A stretch of DNA of 64,000 bases from Dendrobates tinctorius (taxonomy: Eukaryota), in contig NW_027361716.1 in NCBI RefSeq assembly GCF_039654945.1, positions 19,902,001 through 19,966,000 on the forward strand, read 5' to 3'. Shown here in pieces: positions 51,150-64,000 of this stretch. The position numbers and the translations under genes were made by a program. Numbering within the stretch: the stretch's first letter is position 1; every line of letters begins with the position of its first letter. The notes beneath the pieces are model-generated. The model ran no database searches. It was not told the DNA's origin and saw nothing but the letters and a program-made list of their open reading frames with translations.

Positions 51150-54100
51150 AAAACACCAAGGTTACTTACCGGTAGCCTGTTTTTCCAGAGCCCTTGACTG
51201 CACCTGAGGGGATCCGCCCAGTCAGGACAGGAACACTACTGAAGATAAAAGGGCGGTACCTCTCCCTCTCTTCAGTTGGTTTACAGAGCATGAGAGGCCC
51301 CCCGGGTTAGTACACATGGTAAAACTATCACCACATATCTAACTAAAAAAAACAAAAAAAAAAACACCCAAACTATAGTGCACACTAAAAGGAGTGGAAA
51401 AAAAAAAGCGGGGGGAATATACAGGTGCCATCATGGTCTCCGGAAAAACCGGCTACCGGTAAGTAACCTTGGTGTTTTCCCGTCTCCCATGACTGCACAC
51501 ATGAGAGACTTTTGTAGAATAAGACACCTTAGGGAGGGACCACCGCTTGCAGCACCTTTCTACCAAAGGTTAGGTCAGTAGAGGAAGACAGATCAAGTCA
51601 GTAGTGTTAAAAAAAAAAAAAATAAAAAAAAAAAAAAAAAAAAAAAAAAAGTGGAAGGTGAGGACCAAGTAGCGGCTTTACAAACTTGTTCAATCGATAC
51701 CTCAGCCTTCTCTGCCCAGGAGGTAGCCATGGCTCTGGTGGAGTGAGCCTTGATGCCTTCTGGAACCGGAGCGCCACTTGCAGAGTAGGATAACATAATG
51801 GTCTCCCTGATCCATCTGGCAATGGTACTCTACCCGTGCCCTTTTCTACTACCCTAAAAGGCAACAAAAAGGGACTGATCTTTCCTCCACTGACTAGTTA
51901 CTGACATATGTTGTACTATGGCTCTTCTTACATTTAATGTATGGAACTTTTGCTCCCCAGGGTTTCTAGGATTATTACAGAAAGATGGCAGGAGATTTCC
52001 TGAGTCCTATGAAACTTTTGGACTACCTTGGGGAGATAGGCCAGGTCTGGTCTTAGAACCACTCGGTCATCCAAGATCTGTGTAGATGGAGGACATATAG
52101 ATAGAGCTTGTAGGTCGCTGACTCTTCGGGCTGATGTTAAGGAAACCAGTAAGACCATTTTAAGTGTAAGTAGCTTTGGTGACAGCTCTAGTAGTGGTTC
52201 AAAGGGGTCTTTGGTTAAGGCCTCTAAGACTAGGTTGAGGTCCCAGGGTGGTATCTTTGGGATAATGACCGGCCTTGACCGGCCACAGGACTTTATGAAT
52301 CGGGACACCTATTGGCTGCTAAGTTGCAGTTATATAGGGCCCCCAAAGCTGAGACTTGAACTTTGAGTGTGTTAGTGGCTAACCCCAGTTGTAGCCCTGA
52401 CTGTAAGAACTCTAGGATAGGTCCCACTGGTGCTACATCCCCCAAGGGTTCCCCCAGGAAGTCTAGGAACTCTTTCCATGTTCTACTGTAGATTTGGGAT
52501 GTTATAGGTTTCCTACTTTTCAACAGGGTGGAGACTAACCCTGGAGAGAATCCCTGGCGACTCAGTAGCACCCTCTCAAATTCCAGGCTGCTAGATGGAA
52601 GCCCTTCACCTGAGTGGACCACTGGTCCCTGGGAAAGCAGGTCTGGAATCTCCAGTAGTATCCATGGATCTGTCAGACAGGAGCCTCAGAAGGGAGAACC
52701 AAGGCCTTCTCGGCCAAAACGGAGCTATAAGAATTATTCTCACTCGATCCTCCCTGATTTTCCTGACCACTACTGGGATCATTGTTATCGGGGGAAATGC
52801 ATAGGCCAGGATGAACTTCCAGGGTATTTGTAGGGCATCTACTGCGAAGGGGTTTTCATTTGGATTTAGTGAGCAGAACTTCCTGATCTTCCGGTTGTGT
52901 GCGGTAGCGAACAGGTCTATTTCTGGTTTGCCCCAGGCCTGAACTATTTGTTGGAAGACTTGGGGGTTTAGGGACCATTCCCCTTGTCTTAGATGCCTGC
53001 GACTCAGGAAGTCTGCCTGTATATTTTCTGCCCCTTTTATGTGTAGTGCTGTGATGGATAACAGATGTTGTTCTGCTAGCTGGAAGAGTAGATCCTATAT
53101 TTGCATGAGGCCCCAAGATCTCGTTCCCCCCCCCCCCCCCCGGTGATTGATGTAGGCTACTACTGCCTGATTGTCCGTCATGACCCGGGTGTGGCGGCCC
53201 TGAAGTAAGGGAAGGAAATGTTTCACGGCTTTTTCCACTGCCCATAGTTCTTTTACATTTGAACCGTGATCCCTTTCTAGCAAGGACCAGGTCCCCTGTA
53301 TTGAGTGGGATCTCAGGTGTGCTCCTCATCCTGTGGCACTCGCGTCTGTTGTAATGAAGTCCTCGACTTGTTTTTGCCATGGGACACCGGCTGTTAGATT
53401 CTTTTCTACAGTCCACCAGAGCAGGGAATCTCTTACAGCCACTGAGACGGTTTGCCTTCTAAGTGCCCTTTTAATTGTTTCTGTGCTGACAGAACTTCCC
53501 ACTGTAGTTGCCTTAAGTGGTACTGCGCCCATGCTACTGCGGGTATGCATGATGTCAGTGAGCCTAAAAGGGACATTGCGTTCCTCAGTGTCATATTTGG
53601 CCTTTGTATTGCTGTGCGAGCTAGGCCTCTTATTTTGGTCACTTTGCTCTCTGGTAGGAGGCAGAGCGTTGTTGCTCTGAGTCCAGTATCAACCCTAGGA
53701 AGGATTGCTCTTTTACTGGGGTTATTCTTGGGATGTTTACTATCCATCCTAGTCCTACTGGAATTGCTATCACTTCCTTCACTTGATGTGTGCAGTGGGA
53801 CTCCGACCTCTCTATTATCAGAAAGTCGTCTAGGTATGGGACAATCACTATGTCCCTGGAACGCAGAAAAGACATTACTTCGGCCATCACTTTGGTGAAT
53901 ACTCTGGGGGCTGTAGACAGGCCAAACGGAAGGGCTGCGTATTGGTAGTGTTTCACCTGCCCCTGGACACAGAGCGCTAATCTCAAATATTTTTGATACT
54001 CCTGATGAATTGGGATGTGATAGTAGGCATCTTTTAAGTCTAATCACTGCCATGAGGCAATGCTGGAACAGGATCTTTGTGGCTGTGTTGATTGACTCCA

Positions 54101-56226
54101 TTTTGAAGGAGCAATTGTCTACCCACTGAGTCTCCTCAGGTTGACAATAGGTCTCCAAGAGCCGTCTGGTTTTTGTATTAAGAGGGGGGAGTAGAACCCC
54201 CTTCCTTCTTGCACTGGGACTTCCTGTAGGACTTGTTTTTTTTCACTAGTCCCAAGACTTCTGTCTCCAGGGCCAGCTGTTGCTCTTGGGCTTTCCTTCT
54301 GGGTGTCATTATGAAGGTATGCCTGGGCGGACAGATGAATTTTATTCTTAAGCCGTCCTTGATTATATTTAGGACCCATGTACTGGGGGAGATTTGCCCA
54401 GGCGGAAAGTAAGAGAAAGCCTTCCCCCTACCTCTGGCCCAATGTCATTGGGGAGATTTTTTGGAGGAAGTGGAGGGCCCTTTAAACATGTAGCACGATC
54501 CTCTTCTTTCTTTAAAGTCCCAGCTTTTTCTATCTCCCAGGGGACGACCCCTGTTAAATCTCCTCCTCCGAAAGGGCTGCTTTTTAGGTTCTCCCGGGAT
54601 TCGTGGAAAGCTTTTCCTATCCCCCGCATGTTCCAAAATCTCCTAGTTTTTTCCCAAAGAGGAATTGGCCATCGCATGGAATGGAACATAACCTATGCTT
54701 TGATGGTAAATCTTCGGGACACCCTTTAAGCCACAGGGCTCGTCTTGCCGCATTTGACAGACTTGCTGCTCTAGCTGTCAATCTTGCGGAGTCTGCAGAG
54801 GAATCTGCTAGGAAAGCCGCTGCTCCGTGCACCAGTGTCGAATTAGACAGAATTTCGACCCTAGGAACTCTATCCCTGATCTGGTCTTCTATTTGTTGCA
54901 GCCAGACCATGAGGGCACGAGCAGTACAGGTACCAGCTATCGCTGGCTTCAATCCACCTGCTGAAGCTTCCCATATGTGCTTTAGGAAACCGTCTGCTTT
55001 TTTATCAAGCGGGTCTTTCAGCACGCAAGAGTCTTCTATAATGGTAGGGATACCTTTTTTGAGGATCTGGCTACGGCCCCATCAATTTTAGGGACTTTTT
55101 TCCCAGGTTTCTGAATCTATCTGCTCAAAAGGATACCTCCTTTTTCTTTGTGGAAGGTAAGCCCCCTGACCTCTGTTTTTTTTCCATTCCCTGTCAATTA
55201 GTGCTTTTATTTTATCATTTACAGGGAAGGAACGTTTTCGCTTTTCCTCCAGTCCTCCAAACATTACATCCTCTAATGATTTGGGAGCCTTTTCCTCTTT
55301 AAGGCCCATTGTAGCCCTAATAGCTTTGACCAGCTTTTCTACGTCCTCTGTTGGAAAACATGGATGGCCGCCTATATCTGTCTGAGGAGGATTCTGAGGA
55401 CTGAGTAGAGGAAGAGGAGGTGGAGGGGGACAAGGATCTATCCCGCCCCTTCTGCCTTGGTGAGGCCTCTGAATCAGGGCTCCTTCTACGGTTTCTTTTC
55501 TTTCTTTTTGAGGGCTGCCTTTAGGGAGCCTTTCACCTCCTGCTGATTTAACGCCTTAAGGCTAGTCACCAAATCAGGGGTCTCCTCCTGTATAGTTTTG
55601 TTTACATTCAGCGCAGAGGTCTTTCTGCCACTGATCTGCCAGCGGGTTTTTACATAGGGCGCATTCTCTATTTTTGGTCTTGCTGCTGGCCTTCCTCGAC
55701 CCCTAGTGATCAAACAGAGAAAATGGAACCCTGTTACCATAAGGGTGACATTCGCGTAGATCACTCACCACCGCTGTCAATCAGGGGTACCGATCTCGGA
55801 GGCTCCTCAGATACTCGTTACGATTCTCCTGGATGTCTCAGAGTCATGCCGATTGCGTTTGCTGCTCCCACCACTCGAGCGACTGCTCCTGGTATGCTGG
55901 CGGCTCGGCCTGGCATCTGGTGAGAGGTCTTGCTGCTGACGCTGCTGTCATCGCTGCTGCTGACGCTGCTTGTCTTGCCCAACTTCCATCTTGAAGCCTT
56001 GGGCATGAGTGCGTCTTCTGTGGTCATCCCCCCTTATGTAAGGGGGATCCACTGCGCACTCCGCCTCCTCCGGTACCCTCCTCCCTGTCTTCAGCACACG
56101 GGTCCCTGTCAGGATAGGAAACCCAACTGAAGCGAGGGAGAGATACCGCCCTGTTATCTTCAGTAGGGTTTCCTGTCCAGACTGGGCGGATCCCCGCTCT
56201 CATGTGTGCCGTCATGGGAGACAGGA
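51150..56226 (-). mobile_element. DIRS1-type retrotransposon D (full-length, degenerate)
   Basis: ITRs at both ends, ICR ~51423-51507; gag (DPLDKKAD, ARRALW), RT (LPFGL, YLDD), TTDAS, AFPP, YR (RRVSDLQAL, HSTR). Confidence 0.93.
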
Positions 56227-58359
56227 TAATAAGTTATAGCTCGCAGAATAAAGCAATGCAAAAATTTTTTTATATAAAATTGTTTTCATTGCATAACATT
56301 GCCAAAACGTAAAACCTAAATGAGGTATCGCTGTAACCGTACTGACCCGAAGAATAAAAGGGCTTTATGAATTTTACCGCACGCGGAACGGTGTAAACGC
56401 ACCCCCCCAAAAGAAATTCATGAAATGCTGATTTTTGTTCATTCTGCGTCCCAAAAATTAGAATAAAAAGCGATCAAAAGATGTCACGTGCCCGAACATG
56501 ATACCAATAAAAGCGTCAACTCGTCCTGAAAAAATAAGACCTCACATGACTCAGTGGGTCAAAATATGGAAAAATTATAGCTCTCAATGTGGTGATGCAA
56601 AAACTATTTTTACAATAAAAAGCGTCTTTTAGCGTGTGACAGCTGCCAAACATAAAAACCGCCATAAACAGTAAATCAAACCCCCCGTTATCGCCCCCTC
56701 AGTTTTGGAAAAAAATAAAATAAAAAAATGTATTTCCATTTTCCCATTAGGGTTAGGGGTGTGTTAGGGTTGGAGTTATAATTGGGGGGGGGGGTTTCCA
56801 CTGTTTGGGCACATCAGGTGCTCTCCAAATGCAACATGGTGTCTGATCTCAATTCCAGCCAATTCTGTGTTGAAAAAGTCAAATGGTGCTCTTTCCCTTC
56901 CAAGCTCTGCCATGTGCCCAAACAGTGTTTTACCCCCACATATAGGGTATCAGCGTACTCAGGACAAATTGCAAAACAACTTTTGGGGTCCAATTTCTCC
57001 TGTTACCCTTAGGAAAATAAAAAATTGGGCAAAAATATAATTTTTGTGGAAAAATTTTTTATCACGCTCAGGCGTTACTGTGAAGCACTTGGGGGTTCAA
57101 AGTGCTCCCCACACATCTAGATAAGTTCCGTGGGGGGTCTAGTTTCCAAAATGGGGTCACTTGTGGGGAGTTTCAATAGTTTAGGTACATCAGGGCCTCT
57201 CCAAACGCACATGACACCCACAGACCATTCCATCAAAGTCTGCATTCCAAAACGTCACTACTTCCCTTCTGAGCCCCGACGTGTCCCCATAAAGTAGTTT
57301 TTCCCTTCCCCATGACAGCACCGCAGACATGAGATGGTATCCGCCCCCAGGAACAGGAAACCTGTAGCAGAGATAAAAGGGGGCGGTGCCTCTGTTTGGT
57401 TTCCAGTTCCTGCAGGTGCCTGTGGCAGGTCTCATACCTCCAGGGGCATCCCCCTCTGAAGTCCAGTCTGGAGGCCGAGGTCCGTATGGGGGGAAGGCAG
57501 CTGGGCGCGGTGGTGCGCGCCTGTAATCCCAGCAAGCTGTCGGTGCCGTACTCATTCCCCCCCCTGGACTCTCCGGCGGCCGCTCCTGTCGGGAGGCTGG
57601 GCCGGGAGAAGGCGTGTCCATCACGACGCTGGCGCTGACTGAATGGGGGACGTCTTCCAGTCGCACTGGAAGTAACTTCACATGCCGGTGGTAGCCGGTG
57701 TGCTGGACACTTCCAGGAGGGAGTTGATCCAGGAGCACGCACACCGCTCCTCCATTATAATGAAACAAGGCGCGGGATGGCGGCCACTGGCCATTCTAGG
57801 CTGAGCGTGGACCCCGCAACCGAAGTGCGCACCAGAGGAAGGCCCGGAGGCTACCATAGTACCCGGGTTTGGGTGAGTGCCTTTGTAAGGCAAAAATGTG
57901 TGGATAATGATGCCCTGTGTCATGTGAAGTCTAGGCTGAGTGCATTCGTCAGGTGGTACTTGAAGCTGGGCGGGGACCAGAATGGGAGACCAGCTGGAAA
58001 TCGACAGGTCATGGATAATGCTTAAAAAAAAAAAAAAAAAAAAAGTGCAAGCAATAAAGCATGTGCGTTATGCAGAAAAACCCTCCCTAAAACATACGAT
58101 AAGTGACTCTGTTGCTCGTGTATTAAGAAACATCCCTGAGATTTCAGTGCCGAAATCTCCATCTGCGCTTGCGCGGCAGCCATTTTCCAGGAAGCAAGCC
58201 ACTGCGCAGGCATGGATGGAACGGCAGAGCCCCCCACGCAGCATGGGACAGAGCCCGGTGGCGGTGGCAGGCACCGGGGGACCCAGCACGGCAGCAGCAG
58301 AACCCGAGGGACCTAGTGGGCGGCAGCACCCAGGGGACAGTGGCTGGCAGCACCATAAG

Positions 58360-58480
58360 CAATAAGACGCCTGGATTATAAGAAGCACCACCATTTTATT
58401 AAACGTTTTTTCCTATTTTTCTCCTCAAAATTTGGGGTGCGTCTTATAATCCGGAGTTTCTTATAAAGCGAAAAATACGG
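58360..58480. mobile_element. Tc1/pogo-like MITE right end inside DIRS-E
   Basis: taagacgc/gcgtctta repeats ending aaaaatacgg|TA. Confidence 0.5.
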
Positions 58481-61048
58481 TAAATGTAAATACCCATTTG
58501 ATGAAGAATTATGGGGAAAAAGCTCCTACACTGGATACTGCTATCACCAGTACTTCCAGAGGGATAGCCCTGCCATTTGAAGACATGGGTGCCTTAAAAG
58601 ATCCCCTTGAATGGAAGAAAAAGCTGATGCTTTTCTAAAATCTGCTTGTGAGGCGCCAGCATGGTCATTTAAACCTGGGTTACCCACCACTTGCACAGCA
58701 CATGATATTTTCAAATGGTGAGAGAAACTCTGAAAAAAAAATTAAATATATATAATTTTTTATAATTTTTATATATTCTCTCCAAAGTAAGGCCTGGTAG
58801 AAGCCATACCTTCCCTACAGAAAACAGGATTCCTGGCAGATGCCACGGTTGACTCCGTCCAACGTGCTGCCGTGCATGCGCCCTTTAAAATTCGGATCGC
58901 AGAGCACTATGTGGGAAAAAAAAAAAATTGGGCCGCAGATTTCCAGTCGAAGGTCAAGCGCCGTGCAGTCCCATGAAAGGGACAATACCTCTTCAGGGAA
59001 GGTGTCATGCAAAATTTTGGGGAAAGCATCAAAGAAAAAATAAAATTACCTGCCTCAAACTGGATAACCAAGCTGTTATCAGAAGGTCTGTGCAGCTCCC
59101 TGCCGCAATGAATAAAAATTACGCATGTGGCCAAAAAGAACCAGGCCATGCTAGAGAAGGAGGCTCAGCTCCTCATACAAAAGTAAATACTGATAAAAGT
59201 ACCACACCACCAAATAGGAAAGGGATTCTACAGCACCCTGTTCCTCACGCCAAAGCCGGATAGTCCATTAAGAACAATATTCAACATTAGAGCATTGAAC
59301 CAATATATCCGTGCGGAGAGCTTCAAAATGGAAACTTTTTAAAATTGGCGAGCACCCTAAGTGGTAAGGTTACTTGACCCGGGGCTGCTACATGGCAGTA
59401 ATAGATCTAGCCAATGCTTACTACCATGTACCAATATGGGGCGAACATCAGCAATACCTAAGGTTGGTAGTGGAGATTGCTCAGGTCTCCACTCACCTTC
59501 AATATCAATGCCTTCCCTTTGGGTTGTCATTGGCCCCTCGCATATTCACAAAGATCATCTCAGAGATGACGTCCTTTGTGAGAAAAGAAAAACATACTGC
59601 TAGTAGCCTATTTGTACGATGTCCTCATCGTGGGGAACAACAAGGAAATTGTGGAGAGGCAGTCACAAAAGTATTTGACATATTAACCAGGTTAGGCTGG
59701 ATGGTAAACCTTAAAATCAGGTTCGTTCGGGTCCAGACACAAGAATTCCTCGGAATTCAATTAGATTCAGTCAAACAACAATGTGTCCTCCCAGACAGGA
59801 AGATTTGGATCATTCATCAAAAATGCAACAAATACAACCTGGTCAGGCCATATCGGTAAGAGGGGCAATGTCACTTCTAGGTCCCTTAACAGTGATAAAC
59901 CCGGCGGTCCAGTGATCGCAAAGCCACACAAGAAAATTACAGTGGCAGATCTTGGCCGAGCAGGGAAAATACCCTTGCAATTTGAATCGGGAGATAATCT
60001 TGTCGCCACAAGTTCAGAACTCGTTAAAATGGTGGCTGAGCACTGAAAAACCTAAGCAGGCCAGTACCCTGGTCTGTTCAGAACCCAGTGGTGCTAACCA
60101 TGGGCACAAGTCCGTTAGGTTGGGGGAGCACAACTAGCAGACCGGATTCTACAGGGCCAATGGGAACCCTTCGATAAAGACAGCATCCTCCAGTTTGAAA
60201 GAACTGGCAGCTGTAAAGGGGCATTTCTTCAGGAAAAGAAGAAATCCAAGGCAAACATGTTGCAATTTTATCCGACAATGTATGGCCATAGCCTACATAA
60301 ACCAACAAGGGGGTACACGGTCAACATTTCTGATGGCAGAAGCCAAAAAAATTATTCATGTGGGCAGAAAACAATCTTCTGTCCCTGACTGGGACACATT
60401 TGAAAGGGACAGACAATCTTCTGGCCGACTTCTTAAGCCGGCATGTATTACACCAGGGGGAGTGGTCCCTAAATCTGGAGATATTTGGGAGAGTCTGTGC
60501 CGTCTGTGGCACACCAGAAGTGAATCTGTTTGCCACAAGAAGGAATCGGAAAGTAAACAGGTTCTACTCTCTCTAAACCCAAGAGAACACCCAGAAGGGG
60601 TGGATGCACTGCTACACCGCTGGGAATTTCGCCTAGCTTATGCATTTCCCCCAATTCTGTTAATTCCAATATTCCTGGAAAAGATTTGAGAAGACAAGGC
60701 GCGAGTCATCCTTATTGCGCCCTTCTGACTCAGGCGCATGTCTATCTCTGACCCATGGATCCTCCCAGATATCATGAATCTACTTCATGGCACAGTACTA
60801 CAGACTCCATCTCACCGCATGGCACTTGAGAGGGGATTCCTTTTAGCAAAGGGATCCTCAGGCCCTTGGTGACCACCCTGCTCGCTAGCAGGAAAAACAT
60901 AACCTCAATCAAGTACCAAAAAACTTGGGAAAAGATCCTGGAGTTCTCAGGCTGGCAGTTATCCAAAACGAGCCAGGAAGTTCAATTAAGAGGCCCTTTT
61001 TTGGAGGGATTCCAGGATTAGAAAGAGGGTTGTCCACGAGCACCCTAA

Positions 61049-61388
61049 GGCTGTGTTCACACACAGCGTTTTTTTTAGCGGTTTTTACCGCGGTTTTCGC
61101 TATAAAACCACTAAAAATAAGCTGCAGTCATTTCTATGCATTTTGCACTTTTTGTGCACATTGATGTGTTTTTTACCACGAAAAAACCGCATCGCGGTAA
61201 AAAACGCAGCATGCTCATTAATTTTGCGGATTTTCCCTGTTTTAGGCCTCTTCCACGCGGTTTTAAACCGCTGTGGAAAAAAAACGCATCAAAACCACGC
61301 AAAAAACGCAAGCGGAAAAATAGGTGCGGTTTCTGGGAAGGGATTCAGGTTTTTGAGCAGAAAACTTCTGCAACGTGTGCACTTAGCC
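61049..61388. mobile_element. Harbinger-type MITE in DIRS-E recombinase
   Basis: TAA TSD; removal restores STLKVQVSAL. Confidence 0.88.
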
Positions 61389-64000
61389 TAAAAGTGCAAG
61401 TATCTGCCCTGGGTGCATTGTTTTGACCAAAAACTTGCCGATTACCCTTGGGTCTGTAGGTTCATTTGAGCCTCCTTCACAACCAGACCCTCAAATTACT
61501 GACTAAGGTAGATCCCTGTGATCTAAATTTAGTATTAAATGCCCTAACATCAACTCCTCCTTTTGAGCCTATTACTTCCACTTCGGTAAAGGCATTAACG
61601 TTGAAAACTGTACTCCTGGTGCCCTGACTTCAGTTCGACCTAGCTGCAAACTATCTCTGTAAATCCCCCATACGCTACCTTTCTGGATGAGAGTAATCAT
61701 AACTGACCCAGCCTTCCTCCCGGAGGTCAGTTCCAAAGTTCACAGGGTCCAGGAAATAATTTTGCCCTTGTTTTATGCCAACCCAAAATCCCAGGGAAAG
61801 CAAACCTTTCATTGCTCGATGTTAGACATTGCCTACTCCAATATATAGAGGTTGCAAAATTATGGCGATAGTCTTCTGCCCTTTTTTGTCTCCTTCCAGG
61901 GGACAAATAAGGTGAAAGGAAAAAGAGGCTTCAAAATCAAACATTGCACGATGGCTACGTATAGCTATTTCACTGTCTTACTCTTCCTCAGGTCAGACTC
62001 CCCCACTGGGTGTAACGGCTCAGAGTGAGCCGTGACAAGGGTCACAGCCACATCCTGAGCTGAAAGGGCAAATGCATCTGTAGAACAGATTTGCAAAGCA
62101 GCAGTATGGTCTTCACAATCCACTTTTTCCGTCACTATAGGCTAGATCTAGGGCTCTGAATCTTGCCTTTGGGAAAAGGTGTTATCTGCTGTTGTCCTAC
62201 CCTAGGAGTCTCTGCTATCTTTCATCTCATGTCTGCAGTGCTGTCATGGGGAAGGGAAAAAATAATTACTTACCGGTAATTTGACTTTCAAGAGCCATGA
62301 CAGCACCGCATTGATTCCCGCCCTATCTTGGTGAGGGTTGTGTGATGCACAAATATATGTATATAGGAGAGAAATATATATATAAATGTATCAAAAGAAG
62401 GTGGTAAGAGTGACTAAATCAAATAACAATACATGTCAACTAATAAGGCGGTTACCTTGCATACTCTGAAACAAACTGAGGAGAGAGGTGCCGCCCCCTT
62501 TTATCTCTGCTACAGGTTTCCTGTTCCTGGGGGCGGATACCATCTCTCATGTCTGCGGTGCTGTCATGGCTCTGGAAAATCAAATTACCGGTAAGTAATT
62601 ATCATTTTTCTCCCACATATGAGGTATCAGCGTACTCGGGACAAATTGGATAACAACTTTTGGGGTCCAATTTCTCCTGTAAACCTTGGGAAAATAAAAA
62701 AATTGGTGACTAAAAGATCAGGTTTGTGGAAAAAACACGATTTTTTTTTTTATTTTCAAGCCAGGGCGTTATAAACTTCTGTGAAGCACTGGGGGGTTCA
62801 AAGTGCTCACCACACATCTAGATAAGTTCCTTGGGTCTAGTTTCCAAAATGGTGTCATTTGTGGGGAGTTTCCACTGTTTTTGTACATCAGGGGTTTTCC
62901 AATCGCGACATGGTGTCCGATCTCAATTCCAGCCAAAAAGTCAAATGGCGCTGCTTCCCTTCTGAGCTCTGCCATGCACCCAAATAGTCGTTGACACCCA
63001 CATATGGGGTATCGGTGTACTCGGGACAAATTGCACAATAACTTTTAGGGTCCTGTTACCCTTGGGGAAAATAAAAATTGGGGGTGAAAAGATCATTTTT
63101 GTGGAAAAAATGATTTTTTAATTGTACCGCTGTACGTTATAAACTTCTGTGAAGCCCTTGTTGGTTCAAAGTTCTCACCACATATCTAGATAAGTTCCTT
63201 GGGGGGTCTAGTTTCCAAAATGGGGTCACTTGTGGGGGGTTTCCACTGTTTAGGTACATCAGGAGCTCTCCAAACGTGACATGGCGTCCGATCTGAATTC
63301 TAGCCAACTTTGCAAAAGGCGCTCCTTCCCTTCTGTGCTCTGCCATGTGCCAAAACAGTGGTTCCCCCTCACATATTAGGTTATCAGTGTACTCAGGACA
63401 AACTGCACAATAACTTTTGCAGTCCAACTTCTCCTGTTACCCTTGGTAAAATAAAAAAAATTGAACCTGAAGTGTTTGTTTTTTTTTTTTTTTGTGAAAA
63501 AAAGTTAAATGTTCATTTTTTTTTTTTTAAATATTCAAAAAATTCCTGTGAAGCACCTGAAGGGTTAATAAACTTCTTGAATGTGGTTTTGAGCACCTTA
63601 AGGGGTGCAGTTTTTAGAATGGTGTCACTTTTGGGTATTTTCTATCATATAGACCCCTCAAAGTGGCTTCAAATGTGATGTGGTCTGTAAAAATAAAATG
63701 GTGTTATAAAAATGAGAAATCGCTGGTCAACTTTTAACCCTTATAACTTCCTAAGGAAAAAAAAAATTTTGGTTCCAAAATTGTGCTGATGTAAAGTAAA
63801 CATGTGGGAAATGTTAAGTGTTTTGTGTGCCGTATCTCTGTGATTTAAGGGCATAAAAATTCAAAGTTGGAAAATTGCAAAATTTTCACCTAATTTCCGT
63901 TTTTGTTTTTTTTTTTCACAAACGCAAGTTATATGAAAATTTTACCACTAACATGAAGTACAATGTCACGAGAAAACAATGTCAGAATCACCAGGATCCA

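Larger units (their letters stand above)
57298..62609 (+). mobile_element. DIRS1-type retrotransposon E (degenerate)
   Basis: ITRs ~57298-57391 and ~62487-62604, ICR ~62226-62310; RT (IDLANAYYH, LPFGL), MT (AFPP), YR remnants. Confidence 0.92.
50320..64000. mobile_element. Long non-autonomous piggyBac-like element with internal tandem units, hosting DIRS-D and DIRS-E; runs off the window
   Basis: TTAA|CCCC start; sequence resumes after each DIRS; repeated ~350-bp units containing ctagtttccaaaatggggtcacttgtgggg at ~57140, ~62840 and ~63210. Confidence 0.6.

Noticed and set aside
57873-57934. Complete gag intron in DIRS-E
   Set aside because: The donor is good but the acceptor lacks a pyrimidine tract and the zinc finger appears partly deleted; only the donor is counted.

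Overview
Vertebrate genomic DNA, most likely a frog (inferred from the repeat families), with a 130-N assembly gap. It holds the promoter and coding exons 1-5 of DEPDC7 on the + strand; the gene continues beyond the window. The introns are mostly transposons. There are five DIRS1-type tyrosine-recombinase retrotransposons (one nearly intact) and a full-length two-gene PIF/Harbinger element with an intact 7-exon MADF gene. The rest are solo LTRs, CR1, Tc1, a piggyBac-like element, Penelope-like inverted repeats with hammerhead motifs and many MITEs, often nested. A Chapaev3-type (RAG1-related) transposase lies upstream. Most interesting observations: (1) a GTRAGT splice donor at the equivalent gag position in four divergent DIRS copies, with a 66-68 nt GT-AG intron before a C4 zinc finger in two of them; (2) gag and the recombinase ORF in one frame, separated only by CAA-TGA-C; (3) an intact antisense versus a core-mutated sense hammerhead motif; (4) an LTR > Harbinger > DIRS nest. 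Family names come from recognition, not database searches.
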